Origin: Promethearchaeota archaeon
GTDB lineage: Archaea > Asgardarchaeota > Lokiarchaeia > Sigyniarchaeales > SOKP01
Direction: 5' to 3'
DNA length: 64,000 bases
Assembly: GCA_029838195.1 (NCBI GenBank)
Contig: JALGVJ010000010.1
Span: 1 to 64,000, forward strand
Shown here: piece by piece, positions 10,161-21,606 of the stretch
Layout of the letters: each line of letters starts with the position of its first letter
Numbering within the stretch: position 1 is the first letter of the stretch
Translations under genes and position numbers: made by a program
The notes under the pieces: model-generated
What the model was told of the DNA's origin: nothing
Databases searched by the model: none
What the model saw: only the letters and a program-made list of their open reading frames with translations

Positions 10161-10532
10161 TACACCACTTAACCATGTTGTTGATTGAAAAAAGATATTA
10201 ATGATAGAAAAAAGATATCACTTGTTAAAGCATTTTACATTAAAATAACAAAGTGAATCATGGATTCTTAATAAGACTTAAACATTAAAAATATTAAAAA
10301 TGAGATCATGTCCAATAGTTCTTCTCACGATTTTCCTTCATTTTTTCAGTCTCTTTTAAATTTTAACTTATCTCTCTTATTTTACTTGATACCCGAATAA
10401 TTGAAAATTCCCTCTTTCCAAAAACGGATTAAAATCGCTTTCCACGCGTGAAAAAAAGTCGAACCTTTATATCCCTTCAGAAATTATTAAAAAATGCAAT
10501 TATATAATTAAAAAAAAAAAAGAAATATTATC

Positions 10533-11717
10533 ATGATAAACATTAAAGATGTAGAACATGTAGTCGCATATAAAGATCCGGAGTTAGCTCACGCTTGTAA
10601 TCAAGGCAGTTTAATTCTATTGCAAAATGGTGAACTCTTATTAGGCTTCAACGAAGAAAGATATCCTGTTCATGCAGATAGTGGTCAAGCTTGTTTCATT
10701 AAATCAAAAGATGGAGGAAAAACGTGGGATCCTTCTACCAAAAAAATAGTTTGGCCTTATACTGAATTTCAAGGCAATTGGGACTGTGCCTTCGCCCAAT
10801 TATCTGATGGCACGATAATCATGCACTCGCGCGTGTGCCATTTCCTCGCACCACGAGGCATCAAATATGAAGGAGACCAGATTCTCGGAATGCCCCCGCC
10901 AGGGATGCCAGAACGATTAAAAAGGCAAACGGGATACGTGGTATTTAAATCAAAAGATAATGGAAATACTTGGATGGGGCCTATCGAAGTTAATACGAGT
11001 CCTATTGCGAGCTCGTCATGGTCACCTTATGCTTGTGGAGGCTCTGGCGCAGGACATGTTATTGAACTTCCGGATAAAGGATTATTAATGCCCTTAGAGG
11101 GTACAATCTCCCAAGAAGCAGAACCAGGAATGGGACCTGAACCGACCCGTTGTTTTTTGTTGAGATCAGATGATGGCGGTGATAATTGGGAATATTGGTC
11201 TACTGTAGCCTATGATCCTGCGGGTATTATTAGTTTTATGGAGCCCGGCATGACCCGTCTCAACGATGGAAAATTAATTTGCTTGATGCGAACGCAACAT
11301 AAGCCAAAGCGGCAAGATAACTTATGGTTTACGTGGTCGGATGATGATGGCATCACGTGGGCCCCTCCCAAGAGAACATCCTTGTGGGGATATCCGGCGG
11401 CCGTCAAGCAATTAAGAGATGGACGCGTATTAGCAGTATATAGTTATAGAAAGGCACCATGGGGTGTACGGGGATGCATATCTGACGATGGCTTAATATG
11501 GGATATAAAGAATGAGTTTATCATTAGGGAAGGTGGCGTTCCAGAACCCGTGCTTGGCGAAACCCTGCAAGATGCATTAATAATGATGCAATATTGGCAT
11601 ATAGGATACCCAACTGTGGCTCAATTAGAGGATGAGACGATTGTAGTTGCTTATCATGAATATAGCCAAGATGAGCATCCTCTCCATTACATGATGGTCA
11701 CGCGCTTCAAGCTTTAA
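10533..11717 (+). CDS. BNR/Asp-box beta-propeller, sialidase-family protein
   Basis: Asp boxes SKDGGKTW, SKDNGNTW, SDDGGDNW, SDDDGITW, SDDGLIW. C-terminal GYP. No RIP motif. Confidence 0.8.
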   Translation: MINIKDVEHVVAYKDPELAHACNQGSLILLQNGELLLGFNEERYPVHADSGQACFIKSKDGGKTWDPSTKKIVWPYTEFQGNWDCAFAQLSDGTIIMHSRVCHFLAPRGIKYEGDQILGMPPPGMPERLKRQTGYVVFKSKDNGNTWMGPIEVNTSPIASSSWSPYACGGSGAGHVIELPDKGLLMPLEGTISQEAEPGMGPEPTRCFLLRSDDGGDNWEYWSTVAYDPAGIISFMEPGMTRLNDGKLICLMRTQHKPKRQDNLWFTWSDDDGITWAPPKRTSLWGYPAAVKQLRDGRVLAVYSYRKAPWGVRGCISDDGLIWDIKNEFIIREGGVPEPVLGETLQDALIMMQYWHIGYPTVAQLEDETIVVAYHEYSQDEHPLHYMMVTRFKL

Positions 11718-11847
11718 TTTTTGGATTCAAATCCTTCATAAAATTGAATTTTCTTTTTTTTTTAAAAATATCCAAGATACTTTCCAGAACATTCCAAAAC
11801 TAAATATAGAATTCATGATTTTAATTCCCATAATACCATAAAATAGG

Positions 11848-12507
11848 ATGATAATGTTCGATTTTACCAGATTTGAAATAATTGATATTTCTTACACGGT
11901 AATTCCCGGTGAAGATCCGGATCGTCCTTTTGCGATCCAAAAAGCTCTTTTGCAAGATTATACTTTTCGATATGATATATTAAAGACGCATTCACACGTG
12001 GGAACGCACGTAGAAGTAGGGGCTCATTTTTATGAAGGGGGCAAGACTATAACGGATATACCCTTGGATAGATTTCATGGTCCTGGCGTATTATTACCCG
12101 TTAGAGAAATGGTGGTAACGGAGGAATATTGCGAAGGTATTCTTGAAGGGAAAATAAAGGAGGGAGACATCATCGTGATTCGAAATGATACGGGGATAAA
12201 ATTGTCAAAACAACAGATATATTTAGAAGGGGAAGAAAAATTGCCTAAATTAACACCAAGTGCTGCCAAGTGGATGGTACGATACAAGCCGAAATTATTA
12301 GTCTTAGATTTTATACGTTTTGGGGAAGATATTGAGGAAACGCGACAATTTCATGATATTTTAATGAGTCAAGGCACTTGGTTCGTGGAATTCGTGGATA
12401 ATTTGGACAAGATCACGCGCGATCGATTTTATGTAATGGCATTGCCCTATAAAGTTCAAGGATTAGACAGCAGTTTTTGTAGAGCAATTATAATTCAAGA
12501 AAAATAA
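11848..12507 (+). CDS. Cyclase family (kynurenine formamidase-like) metal-dependent hydrolase
   Basis: HVGTHVEVGAHF (HxGTHxDxPxH variant) and ALPYKVQGLDSSFCRA. Confidence 0.85.
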   Translation: MIMFDFTRFEIIDISYTVIPGEDPDRPFAIQKALLQDYTFRYDILKTHSHVGTHVEVGAHFYEGGKTITDIPLDRFHGPGVLLPVREMVVTEEYCEGILEGKIKEGDIIVIRNDTGIKLSKQQIYLEGEEKLPKLTPSAAKWMVRYKPKLLVLDFIRFGEDIEETRQFHDILMSQGTWFVEFVDNLDKITRDRFYVMALPYKVQGLDSSFCRAIIIQEK

Positions 12508-12519
12508 GGTAGATTTAAA

Positions 12520-13611
12520 ATGGTTTTTTCTTTTTTAGAAAAACAAGACCTATTTTTTTCCCGGACTGAAGGATATCATACCTATCGAATTCCGGCCATG
12601 GTGGTGTCCACGAAAGGAACTATTCTTGTCTTTGCTGAAGCGAGGAAATTGGATAGTGATTGGGCACCTAGTTCCATCGTAATGAAACGCAGTCATGATG
12701 GGGGAATTTCATGGGAACCCATGAGAACCCTTGTATCTGATGATAAAAAGCCTATGCATAATCCCGTGCCAATTGTATCGAATAAGTCTAACACGATTCA
12801 TTTCCTTTATTGTAATAATTATAAGAAAGCCTTTTACATGCAAAGTGATGATGATGGAGGCACTTTCACGGAACCACGAGAAATAACGGACGTATTTGAA
12901 TCTTTTAAATCAAAATATAAATTTCGAATTCTTGCAACTGGTCCGGGGCATGGAATTCAGCTTAAAAATGGTCGCCTCATCGTTCCGGTATGGCTTGCGC
13001 GCCGGCACATCCATAGACCTTCCGTAATTTCCGTGATTTATTCTGATGATGAGGGAGATACATGGCACGCAGGTGAAATCATTTTAGGCTCCCTCGTGAA
13101 TCCAAGTGAATCCCAAGCAGTACAATTAGCTAATGGAGATGTTTTATTAAACATTCGAAATGAAACTGAAATTAGTAGGAGAGCCATATCTATTAGTAAG
13201 AATGGAGCAACTGATTGGAGTGAACCCGTGTTCGATCATGCATTACTTGAGCCAACTTGTCAAGCAAGCATCATCCGCTTTACTCTTCAAGAAAAAGAAG
13301 GGAAGAATAGAATTCTCTTCTCAAATCCGGATTCTCTTGAAGGGGAACCGGGCGTGTTCAATATTCGACCTCGAAGAAATCTTACAATTAAAATGAGTTA
13401 TGACGAATGTAAAACTTGGGCTTTCAGTAAAGTTTTAGAAAAAGGAGTAGCTGGATATTCTGACCTTGCGATTGGAAAAGATTATACTATTTATTGTTTT
13501 TATGAGAGAGGCAGTGCATCGGGAAGTGATTTTGATACATCATTTCTCTGTCTTGCCCGATTTAATATAGAATGGCTCACGGATGGAAAAGACACGATCA
13601 ATTTTTCATGA
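12520..13611 (+). CDS. Exo-alpha-sialidase (GH33)
   Basis: YRIP motif, FAEAR, multiple Asp boxes, GPGHGIQL, GYSDL. Confidence 0.88.
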   Translation: MVFSFLEKQDLFFSRTEGYHTYRIPAMVVSTKGTILVFAEARKLDSDWAPSSIVMKRSHDGGISWEPMRTLVSDDKKPMHNPVPIVSNKSNTIHFLYCNNYKKAFYMQSDDDGGTFTEPREITDVFESFKSKYKFRILATGPGHGIQLKNGRLIVPVWLARRHIHRPSVISVIYSDDEGDTWHAGEIILGSLVNPSESQAVQLANGDVLLNIRNETEISRRAISISKNGATDWSEPVFDHALLEPTCQASIIRFTLQEKEGKNRILFSNPDSLEGEPGVFNIRPRRNLTIKMSYDECKTWAFSKVLEKGVAGYSDLAIGKDYTIYCFYERGSASGSDFDTSFLCLARFNIEWLTDGKDTINFS

Positions 13612-13615
13612 ATTT

Positions 13616-15007
<1,392 letters not shown>

Positions 15008-15347
15008 CTATTTTTAATTCGAGTTATAAAAACAAATTTTCTAAATGAATAAAAAATTTCTTTTCTTTACACTAACATTAAAAAAGAAATGACAAATTTC
15101 ACAGATTTAAGGTTCTTGAAATCTTTTTTCTTTCCCAAAAGCAATGATTCCAATAAGAAGGGATTCAACAAGATGTCTTATCTAATGAGAAGTGAAGTGT
15201 TTTATCAACACCCTAAATCATTTTAATGAACTTTATTAAAGATCATATCTTCTTTTTTTTTTTTAAAAAGGAAAAGAGACAAATTTTGGATGAATTCATT
15301 GCTAATTTACCATTATTATTATAAATAAATTATCATCTTATATTATC

Positions 15348-17240
15348 GTGCCAATCACTCCTCTTTCTCGTGCTGAAATAGAATCTATTAAGCAAGATTT
15401 ACGTTCAAATGGATGGCATTCCAAGGCCACCATGAACCACGAGCTACGCTTTAGCTTGAAAAGAAATAATGTCATTACTCTTGCTATCAAAATTCCACTC
15501 AGGCTAGCGATTAAAACGGAGATTCCCGTTGAAATCGTGAAATTTCATTTGTCCATAACTTGGCAATTTTGGAATTTAAACACCATCATGAGCACTTTCC
15601 TTCAAGATTTAAGAAGGAACTTGGAACAGCTGAAAGAGGAAGTGAAAATTGATTTTAATTTCTCTCAAGAAGAACAAGACTCGAAATTGATAGAACTTTT
15701 CAATGACGTAATGCCCGAGCCTCTAAAAGAAGAAGATGAGCGGACGTTTCTAAATCGCCTTCGAATTGCCATGCTAAATAATGAAACTCTTTGTCATGAA
15801 ATTCCTGATGAGATCCTCCAAGTAATCGTGACCGTGATTGAGAAATTAGGACTTTCTTCCTCCTTCAAGATCCCTTGGGAATTAAAAAAAGGAATTGCCC
15901 GTTTTCGCATTTCGGATCTCTTGATCTTTTCTAATGAAGAAACGGAATATTTTTTATTAGAAAAGGATGGATACATGACATATTTTAAAGATATTTATTA
16001 CCAAGAAAAATTTTACATGAGGGCTTTTTTTGAAAGCTTTTTCCTCCCCTTCTTCCTCTCCTTTTATGAAAAAAAAGAATTTGGAGAACAGATTCAAATT
16101 TTCTTAGAAAACTGGATAATATTCTGTAGAATGCTCCTAAACACTCTCTTCAAACTCGTGGATTCTCTCTCCATCAATTATAATGAATTCGTGCAATTCC
16201 ATCCCGAAAAAGAATTATTAAGCAATAAATTTGAGGATAATCGAAATAATTTTCCCTTTTCTGCCCTATACCACGAGACTCTCTTCCAAAAAGAACTATC
16301 TTCTATACAAAATGAACTTTTAATCGCTCCTCCAACCAATTTCAAGGTAATGCAATCCATTACTTTTCTCGTCGAAGCAAAGGACTTGATAGAATCCCTG
16401 AAATTTAAAGACGCTTTAAAACTTTTAGAAGAAGCCGCACAAATATTTAAAAAGCATGATCAAGTAAAACTTCTTCTCTCCACCTATTTTTTGCTAGCTA
16501 AAATTTATAAAATCCTAAGGCAATACAATATCTCCTTAAAATATCTGAAAAATTCATTTGAATTAACGAAAACCGGGAAAATCCCCATTAATCTTATCCT
16601 TAAGGTTCATCATAAATTAGGAAAGTTGTATTTCCTATTAAATCGCCCTGAAGAAGCTCTCTATCACCTCAATATCCTCGTTAATTTCTCCGAACATGAA
16701 AAACAATTCGCCGTTCCAGTGAAATATTTAGGACATGCTTATCTCTTGCTAGGAATTATCCATTCCCGCAAAAAAAATGTAGCACAGTCAAAAACATGCT
16801 TCAAAAAAGCTAAAGAATTAGGAAAAATCCATCCCGTGACATTTGTGAAATTGTTTCTATTCCGAATTAAAGAATTCTCGAAAAATAATAAAATCTCTCA
16901 AGCCCTTAAATATATTAACGCCCTATTTACTTCAGAAGAAATTAACATTGAAAATCCCGATTATATCGATTATTACATTGATATTTTATTTGAACTCGCA
17001 CGAATTTATATTTACCACAGAAAAAGTAAGAAAAAGGCCCTTCAAGTACTCTTAAAACTTAATAAAATCCTCAAGAACATGAGATCTTCCGTAAAAAAAA
17101 TCGAATTTACCGTTCAATGGAATGTATTGATGGGCTCTTATTTTAAATTCTTTGAAAATGATGAACATGAATTCAAAAAACATTTATTAAAAAGCGAACA
17201 ACTAAAAGAAAAATTAAGAAAAATCGGTGTCATGCAATAA
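15348..17240 (+). CDS. Tetratricopeptide-repeat protein with uncharacterised N-terminal region
   Basis: TPR-like helices in the C-terminal half (HHKLGKLYFLLNRPEEALYHL, AYLLLGIIHS...SKTCFKKA). Confidence 0.7.
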   Translation: MPITPLSRAEIESIKQDLRSNGWHSKATMNHELRFSLKRNNVITLAIKIPLRLAIKTEIPVEIVKFHLSITWQFWNLNTIMSTFLQDLRRNLEQLKEEVKIDFNFSQEEQDSKLIELFNDVMPEPLKEEDERTFLNRLRIAMLNNETLCHEIPDEILQVIVTVIEKLGLSSSFKIPWELKKGIARFRISDLLIFSNEETEYFLLEKDGYMTYFKDIYYQEKFYMRAFFESFFLPFFLSFYEKKEFGEQIQIFLENWIIFCRMLLNTLFKLVDSLSINYNEFVQFHPEKELLSNKFEDNRNNFPFSALYHETLFQKELSSIQNELLIAPPTNFKVMQSITFLVEAKDLIESLKFKDALKLLEEAAQIFKKHDQVKLLLSTYFLLAKIYKILRQYNISLKYLKNSFELTKTGKIPINLILKVHHKLGKLYFLLNRPEEALYHLNILVNFSEHEKQFAVPVKYLGHAYLLLGIIHSRKKNVAQSKTCFKKAKELGKIHPVTFVKLFLFRIKEFSKNNKISQALKYINALFTSEEINIENPDYIDYYIDILFELARIYIYHRKSKKKALQVLLKLNKILKNMRSSVKKIEFTVQWNVLMGSYFKFFENDEHEFKKHLLKSEQLKEKLRKIGVMQ

Positions 17241-17259
17241 TATCCCGTTATTAAATTCT

Positions 17260-17463
17260 TTAGGCACCAAACCTGGAACGCCTAGCTCCAAGACTATCAG
17301 GCTGGCCTGCGTATTTTCTCTGAATGACTCTTTTAATGTAAAGATCTCTAAATCGCATTCTCGGTGGCTTCTTAGGAACGGCATTTACACCACTCTTGCT
17401 AATCTTAGGCGTTTGCTGGCGCACTTTTCCCGCTTTAGTTAAACTACCATGAGAACCGGGCAT
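17260..17463 (-). CDS. rps30e: 30S ribosomal protein S30e (eS30)
   Basis: SHGSLTKAGKVRQQTPKI signature. Confidence 0.96.
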   Translation of the reverse strand: MPGSHGSLTKAGKVRQQTPKISKSGVNAVPKKPPRMRFRDLYIKRVIQRKYAGQPDSLGARRSRFGA

Positions 17464-17882
17464 TTTGGCTCACTTACTCTTTTTTGATAATTTTTATAAA
17501 TTATTTTCTTTAATTTTGAAAATAATTATTATATTATGAATTTTTTCGTTTGATATGTGGTTTTTAAATTATTATTAAAAAAAAGCCAGAATAACATCTC
17601 ATTTAAAACCTAAAATTTCAAATTACTAGCAATTAAAACACCAAGAAAAACCATGAAAATATGTTCATTTTTCTTGTTCTTTTAAAATATTATTCTTGAA
17701 AAATAGATATATCATAAAATTTCTTCGGGCTTTATTTGAAAGTGGTTAAAATTTCGATTTAATTGATTTTCGTTTCTCATGAATTATGATTAAAGATTGG
17801 ACTCCTTATAATTTAATATGTTTGGACCTATTTTATACCATGAGCTTAATGTGTTAAATAACATGTATAAAAATTTTTTACC

Positions 17883-18044
17883 ATGACCGGTGAAAAAAGT
17901 AAAACAAATAAAGAAGTATTTGATAAAGAAGACGTGAAAATCCTCATCGGAGAAAAATTAATCACCTGTTTTGCATGCGGTGAAAGAATCGATAAAAATT
18001 CCGAAATTTGCCCTTTTTGTAATACCAAGCAAAATATTAAATGA
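17883..18044 (+). CDS. 53-aa zinc-ribbon microprotein (not in ORF track)
   Basis: MTGEKSKT...ITCFACGERIDKNSEICPFCNTKQNIK*, with an intact double CxxC. Confidence 0.75.
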   Translation: MTGEKSKTNKEVFDKEDVKILIGEKLITCFACGERIDKNSEICPFCNTKQNIK

Positions 18045-18414
18045 TCATGACACTAAATCAACTTACCCCGCCAATATTTCGAAATTGACACAATCCATTG
18101 AACATTTAATCATCTCAGAACGTGCTTGTTCATTGGCATTCCGCTTGTTTTAGTTTAAATAAGATCTTATTAAATAAAGGTATTTCATTTCATGGCTCGT
18201 GAAAAGTGGAGCATGACATGTTTGAATTTTAATTTTCGATGGTTCTATTCCTAATTTCCACGTGCCATCCTCCGACTGATTCTTAAACCCCCATTAATTC
18301 TCATGATGAGAAAAAATGCATTCAAAAGATTACATGTAAAAAATTTCGTGCATCTTGGGTTCGCATAATACTTTTATCTCATAAAAGAAAATCTCTTGAA
18401 AATAAAAAAAAGGA

Positions 18415-18555
18415 TGGGAACTGAGGGATTTGAACCCCCGACCAACAGGTTTCTGCTCGGAAATTGCTTGCCGAAGGGATCTGGAGCCTTGCGGTCAAGA
18501 GCATGAATAAATCATTCTCTATAATTGCCGCGATACCGAGCTTCGCCAAGTTCCC
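18415..18555 (-). tRNA. tRNA-Trp(CCA) with two introns (29/30: 18489-18525; 37/38: 18451-18480)
   Basis: Acceptor GGGAACT/AGTTCCC+A, D stem GCGA/TCGC, T arm GGGGG-TTCAAAT-CCCTC. After splicing, the anticodon arm is GCAGG-CTCCAGA-CCTGT. BHB-like junctions. Confidence 0.9.
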
Positions 18556-18755
18556 GCAAATTTACCAATTCCCGCCAAATTCCTGTAATTTTTTAACATC
18601 TTTGAAACATGTCTTGAATCCGAGGTAAGTCATACCCATCATTTTCAAGCTTTCAAACTTGATATTAATTAATACCCCATTATATTTGAGTTTAATCAAA
18701 GTAATAAAAAGAATCCTACTCAAGAACTTTCATTAATTTTCCAACAAATTCAAAT

Positions 18756-19220
18756 ATGATTAAAAAAATTTTTACTTTAGAGATGAATAAAGAACGATTA
18801 ATGCGATATAAAGCAAAATTGAATTATTTAGAAAATACCATTGGAAATTTAGAAGAATGGACTGGAGATATTAATCATGAATATTTTGTTAACGAATTAA
18901 ATTTACAAAAAAAATACGGTATTTATCATGCTTTCCAAATTGCGGTAGAAATCATTACGGATATAACAGCGATGATCGTTAAGGACGAAAAGACCATGCC
19001 TAAAGATGATTATTCAAATATTTCTATTCTCGTGAAAAAGAAAATCATAGACCCTTTAAGCGGTAAGAATTTAAAAGAAGCGAATGGATTAAGAAACAGA
19101 ATAGTACATGATTATAATGGTTTAAATGATTCTATCGCATATGAACGCATGATAATTCTTATTAAAAGTTTTAAAACTTTTTTAAAAGATGTAAATCAAT
19201 GGTTAATAAAAAACTCTTAA
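18756..19220 (+). CDS. HEPN (DUF86/HepT-like) ribonuclease toxin
   Basis: RNRIVH (Rx4H) followed by DY. Confidence 0.9.
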   Translation: MIKKIFTLEMNKERLMRYKAKLNYLENTIGNLEEWTGDINHEYFVNELNLQKKYGIYHAFQIAVEIITDITAMIVKDEKTMPKDDYSNISILVKKKIIDPLSGKNLKEANGLRNRIVHDYNGLNDSIAYERMIILIKSFKTFLKDVNQWLIKNS

Positions 19221-19597
19221 AGCAAATAAGAAAAGATTTTACAAGAGTTATAAAAACTAAGAAAATCTTAGGAATTCTCTTATATGGTTCACGTGTTAAT
19301 AATATGGAAACTAATAGAAGTGATATTGATATTTGCGTTGTAGCACCTGAAGAGAACGATGTGGAATTATTGTCATTCATTTTACAAAGTGTAAACGTGA
19401 CCTTGAGAAAATATGATGTGAGATTATTTAATGAATTGCCCCTTTATATAAAAATTCAAGTGATTGAACGAGGTATTTTAATTTGTTCGCCAAACAAATT
19501 CGATCTCTACGAATATTTCTATATCTATCGAAAATTATGGAATGATCAAAAACACCGACAAGAGGTTTCCAGAGAAGATTTACTTTCTCTTGAATGA
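19199..19597 (+). CDS. Minimal nucleotidyltransferase (MntA-like) antitoxin
   Basis: LYGS...SDIDICV. Overlaps the HEPN gene. Confidence 0.9.
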   Translation: MVNKKLLKQIRKDFTRVIKTKKILGILLYGSRVNNMETNRSDIDICVVAPEENDVELLSFILQSVNVTLRKYDVRLFNELPLYIKIQVIERGILICSPNKFDLYEYFYIYRKLWNDQKHRQEVSREDLLSLE

Positions 19598-19848
19598 TTA
19601 TAACTTCATTCCTTGTTTAAGAATTATTTGAATTTTAAAAGATGCGTACTTATTATCATTTAATCTATATCAGACTATTATTTTAAGAAGAATTTATTTA
19701 ATCCATGAAACAGATGTTCGGTTGATTTTTCCTTGATTTCGAACTGATCTAGGAAAAAAAACAAATGATTTAAATACAAGTTTCATCATATTAATATTAG
19801 TAAACATCTTATTGATATTAAAACATAAAAAAAAGGTCCCCTCTATTC

Positions 19849-19965
19849 ATGTGCTCCTATAACATGTACTGGCAAGGGAAAAAACTTGAGCCTCAAGAGG
19901 CAGATGAGCCATCCTTTCCTCAAGAGGAGCTGGTTCCCGAGCTAAACAAGCCTACTTTTAATTAA
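19849..19965 (+). CDS. Possible 38-aa small protein
   Basis: GC-elevated open frame MCSYNMYWQGKKLEPQEADEPSFPQEELVPELNKPTFN*, followed by a T-run terminator-like tract. Confidence 0.35.
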   Translation: MCSYNMYWQGKKLEPQEADEPSFPQEELVPELNKPTFN

Positions 19966-20101
19966 ATCTTTTCTTTTTTTTCATTTCTTTATCATTAATA
20001 GCTCAAATCCCTTTTTTAACGAATTTTACTCATTATTTGCAATTTTTTTGATGAAAAATCAATGAAAAATTATAAATAAGAGGCTCGATAAAATTACTAT
20101 T

Positions 20102-20923
20102 ATGCCACTTGTAGATGTAAATGATATAAAAATATATTATGAAATCCATGGTGAAGGAGAGCCGGTCATTCTCCACCACGGCTATGGTGCCACGGCAAAA
20201 ATCTGGATTGGCCAAATTGGAGAGCTTTCAAAACATTTCAAAGCAATTACTTTAGATTGCCGAAGTTCTGGCCGTTCTGATCATCCTACTGAGCCCTATA
20301 CACTAGATACGCTTGTAGAAGACCTGAAAGGGTTAATGGATGCGTTAAATATTCAAAAAACACATTTAATCGGGCAATCAATGGGCGGCTGGATTTCTCA
20401 AAATTTTGTATTGAAATATCCGGAGCGCGTGAATAAGCTCGTCTTAATTGGTACAAACTACACAGGAGCTGGAATACAATTTATGAAAAACGCCATGATC
20501 AATAATTACGAGCTTCAAAAGAAGGATAAGCTTCAAGCATATTGGAATTATGCGAAATTAACACATTATCGGCAGTATATAAAAGAGATGCAGGCAGATT
20601 TGAAAAAGAAATTTTATGGGCTATGGAGCGCAGAGGATTTGATAAATGAACTAACAGAAAATCACATGACACCTCAAGACTATGAATTATTAGCTAAAGC
20701 CATAGAAAAACATGACGTGACGGATAGATTATCGGAAATAAAAGCTCCAACTTTACTGATTGCTAGTTCGCACGACAAATTATCTCCTAAATCGGTCATG
20801 GAAGAAATTCATCAAGGCATTCCAAATAGTCGATTAGAAATAATCAATAAGACTGCTCATCATGTTTTTCTTGAAGCGGCGCCGCAGGTAAATCAATTAA
20901 TCATTGATTTTTTAAAGTCGTGA
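20102..20923 (+). CDS. Alpha/beta hydrolase
   Basis: HHG oxyanion loop, GQSMGG nucleophile elbow, catalytic D and H. Confidence 0.92.
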   Translation: MPLVDVNDIKIYYEIHGEGEPVILHHGYGATAKIWIGQIGELSKHFKAITLDCRSSGRSDHPTEPYTLDTLVEDLKGLMDALNIQKTHLIGQSMGGWISQNFVLKYPERVNKLVLIGTNYTGAGIQFMKNAMINNYELQKKDKLQAYWNYAKLTHYRQYIKEMQADLKKKFYGLWSAEDLINELTENHMTPQDYELLAKAIEKHDVTDRLSEIKAPTLLIASSHDKLSPKSVMEEIHQGIPNSRLEIINKTAHHVFLEAAPQVNQLIIDFLKS

Positions 20924-21255
20924 ACCCTCCGAAAACCGTCCACGCGTTAATCAATCGAGAATCTTGGGTTATTAATCTTCACTTAGAGTAAAAAGAATAT
21001 TAATAGCAAGTGAATCAATAAAATCCATGATGGGATCACAATATAAGGAAATAGAATGGGTCATGGTTAAATTTTTCGAGGGTAAAAATAAATTTTAAAA
21101 AATTTTTTTCCATTTATAATGACTTTTCATAGAAATGAACAAATTTATATTAATCAATTTTTATTATTTAATAAATAAAGCGAGGATTTTGTCGCTCAAA
21201 AGGATAAATTCTTTTAAATGAATCATTTCTTTTCATCTTTCTATATCGGTATAAA

Positions 21256-21429
21256 ATGACGGAACTCATGCCTCAAAAGGTAAAAATCAGCTCAACTTTA
21301 AAAACGTGCGAAAAATGCGGAAACCTGATGGTAAATAGAGTTATCATCATAAAAAATGGTAAGGGCATCAAGGAGAGACAAAAAATTTATCAGTGCATCG
21401 TGTGCCGTCATTGGATACCTAAAAAATAA
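21256..21429 (+). CDS. 57-aa zinc-ribbon microprotein (TFIIS-C-like spacing; not in ORF track)
   Basis: MTELMPQKVKISSTLKTCEKCGNLMVNRVIIIKNGKGIKERQKIYQCIVCRHWIPKK*. Alternative start at 21268. Confidence 0.7.
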   Translation: MTELMPQKVKISSTLKTCEKCGNLMVNRVIIIKNGKGIKERQKIYQCIVCRHWIPKK

Positions 21430-21606
21430 TATTTCCTCCTATTTTTTGTTTCTGGCTTTCTCATGCTATTTTTCTTTCTATCTGATATTAAAGAAGGCGA
21501 AAAGATCGTTTGATTTAAGTGTTTTATTATTTATTAAAAAATGGTTCAGTATTTTTTTTATACATGACGAATTTGTTTATAATGGACATGCGGAGGGAAT
21601 AACTGA

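Noticed and set aside
17846-18153. Two 60-aa ORFs in the track
   Set aside because: They are shadows of the 17883-18044 zinc-ribbon ORF.
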